From positions 2,909,648 to 2,973,647 of the forward strand of contig SMSO01000014.1 in assembly GCA_004764695.1 (NCBI GenBank): a DNA stretch of 64,000 nucleotides. The letters run 5' to 3'. A program made the translations under genes and the position numbers. The first letter of the stretch is position 1; each line of letters opens with the position of its first letter. This document shows, one piece after another, positions 11,397-22,976 of the stretch. The stretch is from Schizochytrium sp. TIO01. Lineage: Eukaryota > Protista > Bigyra: Labyrinthulomycetes. Under the pieces are notes generated by a model. The model saw only the letters and a program-made list of their open reading frames with translations, ran no database searches and was not told the origin of the DNA.

Positions 11397-12088
11397 GGCT
11401 CTATATGTGCAGTATATCTATTTTGTACACATGCCAACCCCCCAAATGTAAAATAAACGAAGTTCAATTTTTATTTATTGGGAATTCAAATAGGAAGGAT
11501 AAATGTGAAGCCACAAAGCACTCGGTCAAAGCAATTGGCAAATCAATGTATAATCTAAAAGAAGGCTTAGAATAAAGGGGCCTGAAAGCCAAGAAAGGAA
11601 GGGAAGAAGTTCAAGTATCAAAAGACATCGTGGAAACAAAATATTGTGTCTCCAACGGTTCCACTGGCCAGAGGATTCTATTTTCCAAGATTAAGAGTAC
11701 GACATGGCGATTACCGAATGGGAGCAACTCAGCTTTAAAAAGTGAAACAACAACGACGACAGTAACAACGACAACAAGTAGAAGTAGAAGTAGAAGACAC
11801 GCAATCACGTACAGGTGGAATCCTAATCTCTTTTGTATGTATGTAAATGTAAGTAAGTATGCCCGCACGCACACGAGCATGCACGTGCGCACGCACAAGC
11901 ACTAGCAAGCTAGCATGTGAGTGAGTGAGTAAATGAGTAGTTAAGTAAGTAAGCAAGTGATCGAAGCCACCGAGACATGCAGACGCCCTCCTCCCGGTGC
12001 TTAAGTAGTTCGCAGTTATCTGCCTCCTCTGCCACGCTTCTCCAACAATCGTCGAAGCCTGACCGAGGGGGGACTTAGTTGTCGATGT

Positions 12089-12340
12089 CTACTCCTGTGC
12101 TGCCTGCTCAGCCTCCTTGGCGGCGGCCTTGGCCTCTGCAAAGAGGCGCGCCCTCTCGATGGACTCCTTCTCGAGGCGAGCATCGCGACGCTCCATCATG
12201 AAGTCAAAGTTATCCCGGAGGATGGGGCGCGGGTTCTCGCCGTGGAAGAGGTAGTGCACGCCTCCCTGGAGGCCTCCGATGCCGGCCACGCCGAGGATGA
12301 CCGCGCCAAAGGCGGGCAAGTTGGCCCAGTGAGTGGACAT
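12089..12340 (-). CDS. NDUFA1: NADH:ubiquinone oxidoreductase subunit A1 (MWFE-type accessory subunit of complex I)
   Basis: 83 aa with W..LP near the N-terminus, one TM helix (AFGAVILGVAGIGGL), then HYLFHG..PR....D.FDFMMERRD.RL, typical of the MWFE family. Strong GC3 codon bias. Confidence 0.85.
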   Translation of the reverse strand: MSTHWANLPAFGAVILGVAGIGGLQGGVHYLFHGENPRPILRDNFDFMMERRDARLEKESIERARLFAEAKAAAKEAEQAAQE

Positions 12341-12594
12341 ACTGCTTCTAGCGAGACGGAGACGGGACGGTGACGCGGGGAGAGCGGCGGGGAAGGTCGA
12401 GGAGAGAAGAGAGTCGCGCCTCCTTCTGCTTCCTGATTCTGGCCAAACAGACGATCACTACTGCTGCTGCTGCTGCCGCTGCTTCTTCTGCTGCTCGCCT
12501 GCTTCTGCTGCTTCTGCTTATTATTAGCAAATCAGCAATAATCACTCATAATCATCTCTTTACTCCACCTAGATACCTAGCTAACTACTCCTAA

Positions 12595-12752
12595 TACTAC
12601 TACTACCTCTGCTACTACCTCTACTACTTCTACCATTTCTACTACCTCCACTACTTCTACTATTTCTACTACCTCTACTACTACCTCTACTACCTCTACT
12701 ATTTCTATTGCCACTACTACTGCTGCTACTGCTACTGCTACTACTACTGCTG
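12595..12752. repeat. Degenerate CTA-based / ~9-nt-period (ACTACCTCT) minisatellite upstream of NDUFA1
   Basis: actactacctctgctactacctctactacttctaccatttctactacctcc... followed by (gctact)n. Confidence 0.85.
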
Positions 12753-13000
12753 GCTAACTAGCTAGCTAGCTATTGGCTGTAGCACCTAACTAGCCTTGGG
12801 CGCCCTATTATATCAGTGGCTAATCAATCGTAATCCGCCTTATCACTGATGCGCCTTATTGGCCGTAAGCGGCACTCTTACTCTTCTCGTAAGCCCGCGC
12901 AGACAGCTCTAGGTATGTAATAAATAGCTGGGCACATTCTCGATGCTTGTGAGTTGAGGTACCTCTACAATAGTTACATCAGGCACGACGAAGCTTTGGA

Positions 13001-13279
13001 TTGGGCATCCACTGCTGCGATGGCTCGAGAGCACAGCAGAAAGCAGGACCCTCCTTCGCCATCCGTGGCAAGGACAACTTAGCGTGGTCTCATGTACAGG
13101 AGTGTAAGGAGTTTTGGCAGAAGGCTGCGCGTAAACTTGAAGCCTCTTGGGTCGGTAATTCAAAGCTTTGCACGCGAATTTGGAGAATGATTGCAAATTG
13201 CAAACGCGTGCGAAAGCAAGAATTTAATTGCAATGCGTGCGTGAGGATGTGCAGATTGAAGAAACAGTGTGCAGCCTAG
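13001..13279 (+). pseudogene. Possible decayed Myb/SANT (trihelix-like) DNA-binding domain fragment
   Basis: KEFWQKAARKLEASWVGNSKLCTRIWRMI resembles the K..W..vA..L......t..qC..kW..l pattern. No ATG before the motif, and stops follow soon after. Confidence 0.3.
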
Positions 13280-14950
13280 CGAGAACTTTGAGCCTTCTTC
13301 AAAACTACACTTAAGGTGAGCGTATTATGGAGCATAAGATGATTCATCTGCACGTAAGAGAACCCAAAACAATCATGGGATCATACTGTAGAAATTGTGA
13401 AAATACAGACACACTGAAGGGGCACTTTTATCATGATGGTCAATCGGTAATTGTTGCTAGTAGCAGCAACAAGGAGGTGATAAACGATATGCTACCACAA
13501 GGAATTGGTTGACCAAAGTTCTTTTTTGCTTCAAAAGACTGACATGAAATGAAACGAGCCAGGAGACCCAAGCTTGCTTGCTCGAGAGCTTATCCTGACA
13601 GAAGTACCTATGGTAGCATCCGACTCAGTTTAGCACAAGCGGCTCAAGCAAACACAGACAAATGCGTGCTTGCTTTTAAGTACGTAGTCCCTACTCTCTT
13701 GCTAGAGCAGGCCTAGAGAAGGGTACTCCTAGTGACCATATAAGTAAAGACTATGATATGCTGCAAGCATCTATTTCCTCACTATTTAAGATAGATAACT
13801 TATTGTTGTTTTAGAGGCAACTCCAGGGTTGGCAGCAAGAGAGACCACCGGACAGATAGTAATTTTGTTACATAATATATAAGATAGATAATAATATATA
13901 TAAACAAAAGTAACTCCCATAAATAAATTATCTGAGGTGTGTACTCCTAAGCTACATAATAGTAGGGCAAATTGGGTTGCGCAGGCCGCGGCAGGTCAAC
14001 ACAGGTTTAAGACAAGGTCGGCAAGGGCACGAGAATTGCGTAGAGCATAATGTTAAGGGAGGCTTATACTTAATATTGGACATGGGCACGATGGGACGAC
14101 AAGGGAAGAAGATTTTTAGTACAACTAGAGTAGGGGTGAACCTTCACATATGCATTGCCATAGATTAGGAGCATCAAGTGCTGATAGTATCTCACACATC
14201 ACCTAATGAATTCAAGGTGGGGGAAGTTACGAAGGATATGTGTCTAGACAAAATTTCTTTATTACGATATGTTTTATTAGAAACATTGGGCTAAGGCAGA
14301 AATCTCCAAGAAAGACAAGTTCTAGTTACCGACATCAAATAGAGGGTGCACATTTCTTGCCTATATGGTGGACTGATAACTCAGTTCATGATTTTTATAG
14401 GTCTACCTGTGGGCAATTCCAAAGAGAGCCGAACTGACTCGGAGACGAGTACAGTGAGATATCAATTTGCATAAGTGACTGAGCCAGTAAATATTCCATG
14501 TGACCTTTTTCTTTCCTTCTGAACAAGCTGTTATTGCCTGAGAATAGGTCTGAAGAAAGTCAGTTCCTGCTCACTTTATGAAGATGGTCTTCCTATTTCA
14601 ATAGTTGCATTGTGCAGAACTTCAACTAATTGCAACGGTACAGCTACAGGCTCATTATCAAGCAGCAAATAGATCACCAGGTCTAAGAAAATTTAATAAC
14701 ATTTCGTATGTGCTACATTCTATGTAAACATTGCGTATGCATTCTTCGTGGCCTTTTTGACAAATAAAACTTTTAAAATTATATAACCATTCACAAGAAT
14801 AACATGAAGCAGTCAGTCTCAAACGACAACACTGCACTTTCTTTTTATTTATTTTTTGTTTCTTTAATTAGCACCCCGGACCTTCATTTGATGATGATGT
14901 ACATGTGGTAAGTCCAATGTGATTTTGGTTAACGGCATAATTCCATGAAT

Positions 14951-17797
14951 GGTGCTACAAACTTTTTTTAACCCCTTCTGAACAATTGATTTGATGTTTA
15001 TAGATTAAAAAATAAAAGTATGTTATTTGAATAGAACATAGAACGGACTAAAATGTACTCTATTCGAATGTAAAACAAAAAAAACTTAAAACATGAACTC
15101 TACCCAACTGCAACTGGTCTCCTCTATACCTCATCAAACTTAAACACCACATTCGCGCTTTCCTAGAGGCTTCCTGGCCCGGCCAAATCTGCATAAGCTT
15201 TGTCAAAAAGTATCTATTCTTTGAACATCCATTGAAGGAATGGAAGCTAGAACAAAATATTGCTTGTTATACAGGTTGGTATTTGAAACAGAGCTATAGT
15301 TCTAACTGGGGTGTTATTATTATTATTTCAAAGGTAGATAAGTTAAACATTTTATTTGATTATAATAGACACTTTGTACATATTACATACGGGTCCAGCG
15401 CGGGTATTGGTGGCACGTACGAAATGTGCTACGATGACACCATCTTTCATTTTTCTTTCCTCAAGCTAAATAATAAAGTAGTTATACTCATAAACTTATT
15501 TACGTTTTGTATCGTCGGTCATCATGTATTTGAACAATTTGGAGGGCTTAAGGACGATATTTGCGCACTAGTGAGCAAGGGTATCCGAAGTTGATGGCTC
15601 CTCAACCATCGCAAAACTCTGTGACTTGACACAAAGCAAAAAAAATGTGGCAAATTAGTTTGAGGAGTTTCCTTTACCCGTCTTTAAACAAATATGCAAC
15701 TTAACATCAATTGAGCCAAGGCTCCAACATAGATTTTTGAAACTCAAAAGATAAGAAAAAAGTTTAAATTAAGACTTTTAATCTCCTTGAGTGAACAATA
15801 ATGAGAATGCATTTTTTATTGCAGTCTGTATTATTAAAAATTGGGAAAATCTCTTTGGGGAATACTCATAATAATAATAGAAGGAAAAAAAAAAAAGTAT
15901 GTTGAAACCTCATGCTGCTACAGACAATGGCCCTAACCTATAAAATCTTCTTTGTTTCCCCTTTTCTTCAATCTGAGTTGCTTTGGAGAACCCTTCGCAT
16001 TTAGAATGCAAAGAAGAGCCGACTACACGCTGTATTTGAGTTGACTCCGAAGTTCTAAAGCTATCTTAGGAAGTAGAAGAAAACACCTGCGAGTCGTTGA
16101 GCAGTAGCTATTGTGTAAACAAGTTTTAAGTTGACGCCATCATAAATCCTTTTATTACAAATCCCTCTTACAGTCGAACAAAAAAATAAAATGAAAAGTT
16201 GCACAGTTGGCGGAAAACGGTGGCACTTTGGTCAAGAGGAAGTTTCGCTGCAAAGGACCGGTATGACATACATGATAGTAGGTAGCTAGCTAGCTTTATG
16301 CAATGCAACCCTCACACATCCCTTTCTAGGTTGTTAGGCCTCTTAGAGTCTTCACTGGTGGCGCCTGTGCTCTCCTGATTCTCCTCGTCGTCATCAAGAC
16401 TTTGCACAAAGTCCTCACTCTGGTTGGCTATGTGACAAGTGGGTTGGTTCACAGGCCAGTTGTAGCACCTTTTATTTTATTTAATGCCCAGTTTGTCTAA
16501 AAATGCGATGCTTCGCGATATCGCGCTCAAACTACTTTGTACAAGTGGAAAAGCACAACCGGCATCTAGACAGGGATCCTTCTACGTTGCAATAGACCGC
16601 TCGGTGCATTCGTGGGTGGGCCGTGCCTGCTCCGCAAACTCCTGACGAAAGTTGCAAGGCGAGGTGCTCTTTCTCCTCTTGGTTGATTTATTCCGAACTT
16701 TATCGAGGCCTGTTACATATTTCTTAATTAAAAAATTAAATTAAAATAAAATTAATTGTGTGTAGCCGAAGTAAATCGCAGAAAGTGAGAACATTTGCAA
16801 ATTTATTAATTTAAGCCGAACTCAGAGTTTGACGATCCGATCTTGCAAAGCGACGTCTGTTGGGCTGGGTTCGGCCACGGGCTCGCGAGAAGAGGCAGGC
16901 TAGCCGAGAATTGCAACAGCAGAGCTAGCTAGCCAATATGTTGTGCTGCTACAAAAGTACTTTTCTTCACTGATTTGATGAATATTTTATTGATCTATTT
17001 TTCTTTTCTCCATTTATGCATCGCAAAATGAGCAGTCAAAGAGGAACTGGTCCGGAGTGGCCAGATTGTCAAGCAGGCGACCACGGTTGACAATGAGCCC
17101 ATGCATACTTTGCGAGACACAGCTACCTGTCCTCTCCCGTACACAGCCGACTGCGTCAGCGGCGTCGACGATGTCTCCTTCGTCGCCAATTAAAAATACC
17201 TATTTTTCCGTGCCATATAGTACATCCTTCCGTGGGAGCCATCCCTCCAGGCCACAGATGAGATCAGGTAACCAACCAGCCAACCAAAGCCATCAAACTC
17301 AATCGGCCAAATGGCACCGGCGAGAACCCCTTTAGAAGAAGAGATGCATAAGCTGCCGTGAAGTAAAACAATGTTGGCACGGCAGCCCAATCAGGGAGGG
17401 CTTGGGCTTGTGGGAGGCCAGCCACTGCATATCATCTGCCAGTGGATTGAACCCGGGGGGGCTGAAGTGACGCTCGAAAGTGCTACAACCCGCCCTCTCT
17501 CTCTCTCTCATAAAGTGTTTAACTATTAGTAGCTACCTACGCCAAACTATGGCAGCACGGGCCTGCAGAAGTCTCCAATGCCACAGGTTGTAGCACCGCG
17601 GGCCGGAAGACTCCCTTGCCGGGGCTCTCTCCTGGGCCCTTCCTGTTGCATCCTCGGCTCCGTCGAGACTGTCAGCTGGCTTCCATGAGAGCTGCTGCCT
17701 CAGCGTGTGATTTCTTGGACTAGCGCTGCCTATTTGTGAGTTGGTCTGATGAACGTTTTTGGTAAACTATGAGAACAGCTTTCAAGGTTGTAGCACC
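14951..17797. promoter_or_regulatory. Cluster of GGTTGTAGCACC-like motifs in the NDUFA1/SSADH divergent spacer
   Basis: Copies at 14951-14960 (ggtgctacaa, - strand), 16459-16469 (gttgtagcacc), 17480-17490 (gtgctacaacc, - strand), 17586-17597 and 17786-17797 (ggttgtagcacc). A variant ggctgtagcacc lies at 12775-12786. Regulatory role is inferred. Confidence 0.45.
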
Positions 17798-19101
17798 ATG
17801 ACCGACATTTCTTCCAAGTGAATCTCAGCGAGCGATTTTCAGAAAATTGAAAATTTAAAATAAAATTAAGTTAAGTTAAGTTAATTAAAAGTTAAATTTA
17901 GAGGGCAACAGCGAAATCATTTACTTTGGGGAGAACACTTTTACTTTTACTTTTACTTTTACTTGAAAAGAAAGTTGACTAAATTACAAAAACTATAAAA
18001 CTTGGCGGCAAAAGTTTTTCTGTTTGCGTTTCTAATTTTTATTTTTGTTTTTCATTACATTTAGTTTTAAGAAAATGCCGTAAGTAGGTGAACAAAGCAA
18101 ATGAAATGATAAAGAAGTTAGCAGAAAGAGAGGACTGACTGACGGAGCGGTCGATTGATTGCCTCTGCTGAGTTTACTTTGGAAAGTACGCGTATGCCAT
18201 GAGCGGGATCCCAGTCTGCCATCTCCTGCAGGGAGAAGGCACGCAGAGGTGCGGAGGTGAGCTAACAGCACGCTCCTGCTATATATGGAGTTAGTTCCCC
18301 GCGCCTCTTTGCTTTTCTTCTGGGCGAGAAGCGATTGCCAATATGCCAAAAGTTTGCGCACTATAATTTATTTGTTGGATGAGAAGAAAGGGATATGCGA
18401 AAGGACCGTGTTTATACGTCTAACACTACTTACACGGAGAGAGGAGGCAATAACTCCGCAAACGAACTTCGCAAAGCTCCTTTGCAGCAATCACCTCAGA
18501 GTTTTCGAATCCTGCTACCTCATTTTAAAAAGAAGAAAAGAAACGACTTAAAAATTGCAGGATCATGATGTGATGCTATGATATTTTATTTACATAATTA
18601 ATTAATTTAATTAATTAAGTTCAAAAGAAGCTCTGAATGATAGGAGGAAATTGAAACCTTTTGTCTTTTCTTTCTAAAAAAAGATCGAATTCGCTCAGAG
18701 TCGGAAGAAGGGAAACTAAAGGAAGCCTAGCAAAGCAGCACAAAGAAAAAAGTGGAAGTTATCATGCAATGCCATTCTTCTGTGGCATATACTACTTTTC
18801 AAACTGCTGCAACGTGCAGCACTGTTGCTGCCATGACTTATTGTGATCGTGATTCTATTTTAGTTACTTTTGCATGAAGAAATAAATATCAATGATTTTC
18901 CTTTTTTATTCTTAAATTTAAAAGAATAAAATAAAAATGATTCTGTTGATATCCTGGTAAAATTTGCAAAGAAGAAGAAGAAGAAGAAGAATCCCTCCAC
19001 CATTCTGCCTTAAGACCTGCAGCAAACCCCAAACGCGGAGTAACCTTACTCCTTTCCCTTCCTAGCCCGCCCGCTCGCTCCTTACCTCCTTTCACAGCAC
19101 C

Positions 19102-20616
19102 ATGCAGGCTTCCAGCAAGGTCCTTGGCGGCCGCAACAACCTTGGCGCCGCCAAGCGCTACCTCTCCTCTGGTCTCGGCCAGCGCCTCATCAAGCTCCGC
19201 GAGCAGGCTTACGTGAACGGCGAGTGGGTTTCTGGCAAGTCCACCTTCGACCTTCGCGACCCTGGTTCCGGTGAGCTCATCAGCCAGGTTCCTGACCTCG
19301 ACGGATCCGATGTGACTCGTGCCATCGAGGCTGCCCACGAGGCCTTTCCCAAGTGGCGCAACACTCTTGCCAAGGAGCGCAGCGACATCCTCCGCCGCAT
19401 GTACGAGCTCCACCTCGAGCACATCGACGACCTCACCGAGATCCTCTGCATGGAGAGCGGTAAGGCCCCTGCTGATGCTCGCGGAGAGATCATGTACGGT
19501 GCTAGCTTCCTCGAATGGTTTTCTGAGGAGTGCCGTCGCCAGTACGGTGAGACCATCCCTGACGCCGTTCCCGGTCGCCGTATCTTGACCTACCGTGAGC
19601 CCGTCGGTGTCTGCGGTCTCATCACCCCGTGGAACTTCCCCAACGCCATGCTCACGCGTAAGATTGGACCCGCACTTGCCGCTGGATGCACTGTGGTATG
19701 CAAGCCTGCATCCGAGACCCCCCTTAGTGCCTTCGCCATCGCCGAGATCGCTGCCGAGGCTGGTGTGCCTGCCGGTGTCGTGAACATCGTGACCTCGTCC
19801 AAGTCTTCCGAGGTCGGCAAGATTCTCTCCAGCGATCCCCGTGTCCGCAAGCTGTCCTTCACTGGATCTACTCGCGTTGGCAAGCTCTTGTATGCCCAGT
19901 GTGCCGAGACTGTCAAGAAGGTCAGCCTCGAGCTCGGCGGCAACGCCCCGTTCATTGTCTTCGATGACGCCGACCTTGACCTTGCCCTTGAGCAGTTCAT
20001 GGTTGCCAAGTGGCGCTCCAACTCCCAGGCCTGCGTCGCTGCCAACTTCATCTACGTGCAGAGCGGTGTCTACGACAAGTTCGCCAAGATGGTTTCTGAG
20101 CGCGTGAGCAAGATGAAGCTCGGCCACTACACTGAGAACAGTGACTTCGGCCCCGTCATCAACAAGCCCGCTCTCCAGAAGATGCAGGACCTTGTCAAGG
20201 ATGCCAGCGACAAGGGTGCTAAGGTTCTCGTTGGTGGCAACGCTGTCGACCGCCCTGGATTTTACTTTGAGCCCACCGTTGTCGGAGACGTCACTGACGA
20301 GATGCGCCTTGGCCAGGAGGAGACTTTCGGTCCCATCGCCCCGCTCCTCAAGTTCGAGACTGAGGAGGAGGTCGTCAAGCGTGCCAACCTCAGCCGCGCT
20401 GGTCTTGCCGCCTACTTCTTCACCAACGACATGAAGCGCGCCTTCCGCGTCTCCAAGGAGCTCGAGAACGGTATGGTTGGTGTCAACACCGGCCTCGTCT
20501 CCAACACTGCTGCTCCCTTCGGTGGTGTCAAGGAGTCTGGCCTCGGCCGCGAGGGCTCTAAGTACGGCCTCGATGACTACACTGAGATCAAGTACATTGC
20601 CATGCAGGTCGAGTAA
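19102..20616 (+). CDS. ALDH5A1: Succinate-semialdehyde dehydrogenase, mitochondrial (ALDH5/GabD family), 504 aa
   Basis: ITPWNFPNAMLTRKIGPALAAGCTVVCKP, SFTGSTRVGK, catalytic Glu in LELGGNAP, catalytic Cys in QACV, EETFGP and PFGGVKESGLGREGSKYG. Substrate-binding Arg motifs EECRRQYG and KWR. Arg/Ser-rich N-terminal presequence. Very strong codon bias. Confidence 0.93.
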   Translation: MQASSKVLGGRNNLGAAKRYLSSGLGQRLIKLREQAYVNGEWVSGKSTFDLRDPGSGELISQVPDLDGSDVTRAIEAAHEAFPKWRNTLAKERSDILRRMYELHLEHIDDLTEILCMESGKAPADARGEIMYGASFLEWFSEECRRQYGETIPDAVPGRRILTYREPVGVCGLITPWNFPNAMLTRKIGPALAAGCTVVCKPASETPLSAFAIAEIAAEAGVPAGVVNIVTSSKSSEVGKILSSDPRVRKLSFTGSTRVGKLLYAQCAETVKKVSLELGGNAPFIVFDDADLDLALEQFMVAKWRSNSQACVAANFIYVQSGVYDKFAKMVSERVSKMKLGHYTENSDFGPVINKPALQKMQDLVKDASDKGAKVLVGGNAVDRPGFYFEPTVVGDVTDEMRLGQEETFGPIAPLLKFETEEEVVKRANLSRAGLAAYFFTNDMKRAFRVSKELENGMVGVNTGLVSNTAAPFGGVKESGLGREGSKYGLDDYTEIKYIAMQVE

Positions 20617-21148
20617 ATGGACTCGGTAGTACCAGCCTTTCCCACCGGAACAGACTGCCAATATTCTCCTTTCATTGCATCGCTCTCCTAATTGTTGTTG
20701 TACCCAGAACGGTGAGCTGCTGAAATGTTGATCTAGCGTTCCATCTTTCGTTCCAATCACTTAACTTTCTTTCTTTAGGTCCCCATCTCGTACTCCCCAT
20801 CCCGCCACCCTCATTTAATTTCCATCCTGGAAACCTGAATTATCATCACACTACTACTACTATGCTTTTAAAACACTACAGAAAACCTTTATAAAACTTT
20901 TCTTATGACTTTTTTTTTTGGATAGTTCTGTCTGACTTACGTCCACGCACATGTACCGTACTTCTCTGGTCCAGAATTGATATATAAACCAAATGGACTA
21001 CTTATGCACACTCAAGTATTTGAAAAGCTGGGACATTTTTTTAATTTTTTACATAGGTATATAGCTCGCAGATTGAAGTGCTGTTGCACTTTGCTGAACA
21101 AAGATTGTTGAGAAAGATTGCTGGTATTATGTTGAAAGAACAACCTAC

Positions 21149-22976
21149 TTACTCAAGCTTGTCAACAATAGACCATTCTGTGGTGACGGATTGACAATCT
21201 GAAGCTGCTGGAGCGAGGCGTAGGCTAGGAAGGATCTGCAAAAGAGCATCTGACGGAATAGAGTCAACATTAGTCAAAACCTGATCAACTAATGCCATCT
21301 CGATTTCTGTCAAGAGCACGGGGCCATCCATGCACATAACAGGCAATGACGCAGTTTCGCATGACTTGCGAGGCTCGGAGCAAATGTGATTGCTCTGAAC
21401 CTCTGCTGCCAGGGCAGCGAGCAGTGCGTTGACCTTAGAAAGGTCGGGCCGCGTTGGGTGAAAGCGAAATTGCTTACACCTCTCACTCAGACCAAGCGAA
21501 TTCATGCTCTTCATCATCTGGCCCTTGTCATCAGGCGCAAGAAAAGAGACAAAGAAGCACGATGCGCGAGGATTTACCTCCTCAAGATACCTCTTGAAGA
21601 GTGGTGCGAACATGTTGTGCGAGGACCCAGTTCCCCACTCGCCTGAGCACCCTGTATTCTCTTCCTCATCTGTCACAACAATGAACAAGTCAACCTTGGT
21701 TCTGTGATGCAGAAACGGAAGCAGAGCTGCTGCTGGCGCGGTGGCACCAGATGCTCTCATCTCTGTCGTAACACGCAGAACATCGGCCACAGTTCGCGGC
21801 TGAACTGTCGGAAGAAGCTGGCTATGGTTGAAGAAGGAGAGGTGTCCGCTGAGAGCTGAGCAAACAATGGACCCGATGATTGTCGCAGAGTTAACCGCGA
21901 TTTGCATAGAAGAAGACGCGTCACCAAACACCGCTACGTTAGCATTGGTAGGGATAGCGACCTTCTTTAGCAGGTCATCAGCAATGGTTTGCAGACGGGG
22001 CAGAAATGAGACAGTCCCTGATTTGGAGCGGTGCTTCCGAAAGAATAGCAGTCGCTCCATGACCTTGCCGAAACTATCACGGTTCTTTCCAACCTTGTCC
22101 ACAAGGGTCTCACCATTAAGCATGCGCTGGTCAACGATATCCTCAAGACCGACAAAGTCGAGTTCTTCATAGAACCAGATAACATCAACCAAAGGCATCA
22201 CCCGAGCAAAAGGCTTCACGAACCGCGACTGAGAGCCTTGCCCCGCCCGAGACATTGCTACGCACGTATGAATAGCAAGTGGCAAGCTGTGGGTGCGTAG
22301 CAAGCACTTTAACGAGCCGTTCAGGGTCTCCCTGGTGCTTCAACTCATACACCAACGAACCTTCGGGCGCTGGTTTCCCGAAGCAGGTATGAAGGAAGTA
22401 ATCAAGCTGAAAGTCTTCAGGCTTGAGGTGTGCAAGGTCAGCTAGTTGCCTCCAGGGTTCAAGACCAAAGTTGAGAAGAAAGAACTCCAGGCGCTCCTTC
22501 TCAATCGTGCCTACCCACTTGCGCACGCGCTTCATCAGCGACCTGGTAGCAGATCCTCCAGGAGTCGCCTGAGCAGGGATGCGGATATCCTCCAGCGAGC
22601 TCTGGACCTTGTGAAGCTTGGCACGTTTGCTCTTGTTCGTGACTAGATCTAGCTTACGACTGATCTGAGCTAGCTGTCGGTCTGCATCAAGCATACGAAC
22701 GAGCGCGAGAACTTCAACCACCTTCATCTTCACCATGATGGTATCTGTCACGTCCCTGCGGCCGACACGCCAGCATAAAGCTGCTGCACGCACGAGGGTA
22801 CTAGACGGAAGCTCAACGCCATTTTTAATCAGGCGCAAGACCTCCGAGGCGTAACCGCTCGCATCAGCCTGCTGAGCATCAACGTGGTCGTTGAAGGTAG
22901 AGGTTGAACTCTGCAGAACACTTGTGCAGTTTGGGCGAGAAAGAAGAATCATCTCTTCGAAAGTACGGGTTGTCAT
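21149..22976 (-). CDS. TROVE/Ro60-like helical + vWA (MIDAS) domain protein (~608 aa), split by one extra T near 22208-22211
   Basis: ORF 22185..23012 (first ATG at 22976, MTTRTFEEM) ends ...VREAF. Removing one T from gccttttgct gives REAF-ARVMPLVDVIWFYEEL, in frame with ORF 21149..22303. vWA MIDAS: VAVFGDASSSM (DxSxS), SGATAPAAAL (T) and VDLFIVVTDEEEN (D), close to the Ro60 VDvFiv.TDnE strand. Confidence 0.75.

Noticed and set aside
12595-12752. Thr/Ser-rich mucin-like reading frame
   Set aside because: No start codon or signal peptide; it is a low-complexity repeat in the NDUFA1 upstream region.
15232-15594. 120-aa plus-strand ORF in the spacer
   Set aside because: TTG start, AT-rich, no motif; not supportable as a gene.
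18324-18335. Minus-strand ATCGCTTCTCG matching the U2 snRNA 5' end
   Set aside because: The match ends after 11 nt; no branch-point pairing sequence or Sm site follows.
18889-20760. 623-aa antisense ORF over the SSADH gene
   Set aside because: Shadow ORF. Strong codon bias on the sense strand avoids TTA/CTA/TCA, removing antisense stops; it has no domain features of its own.
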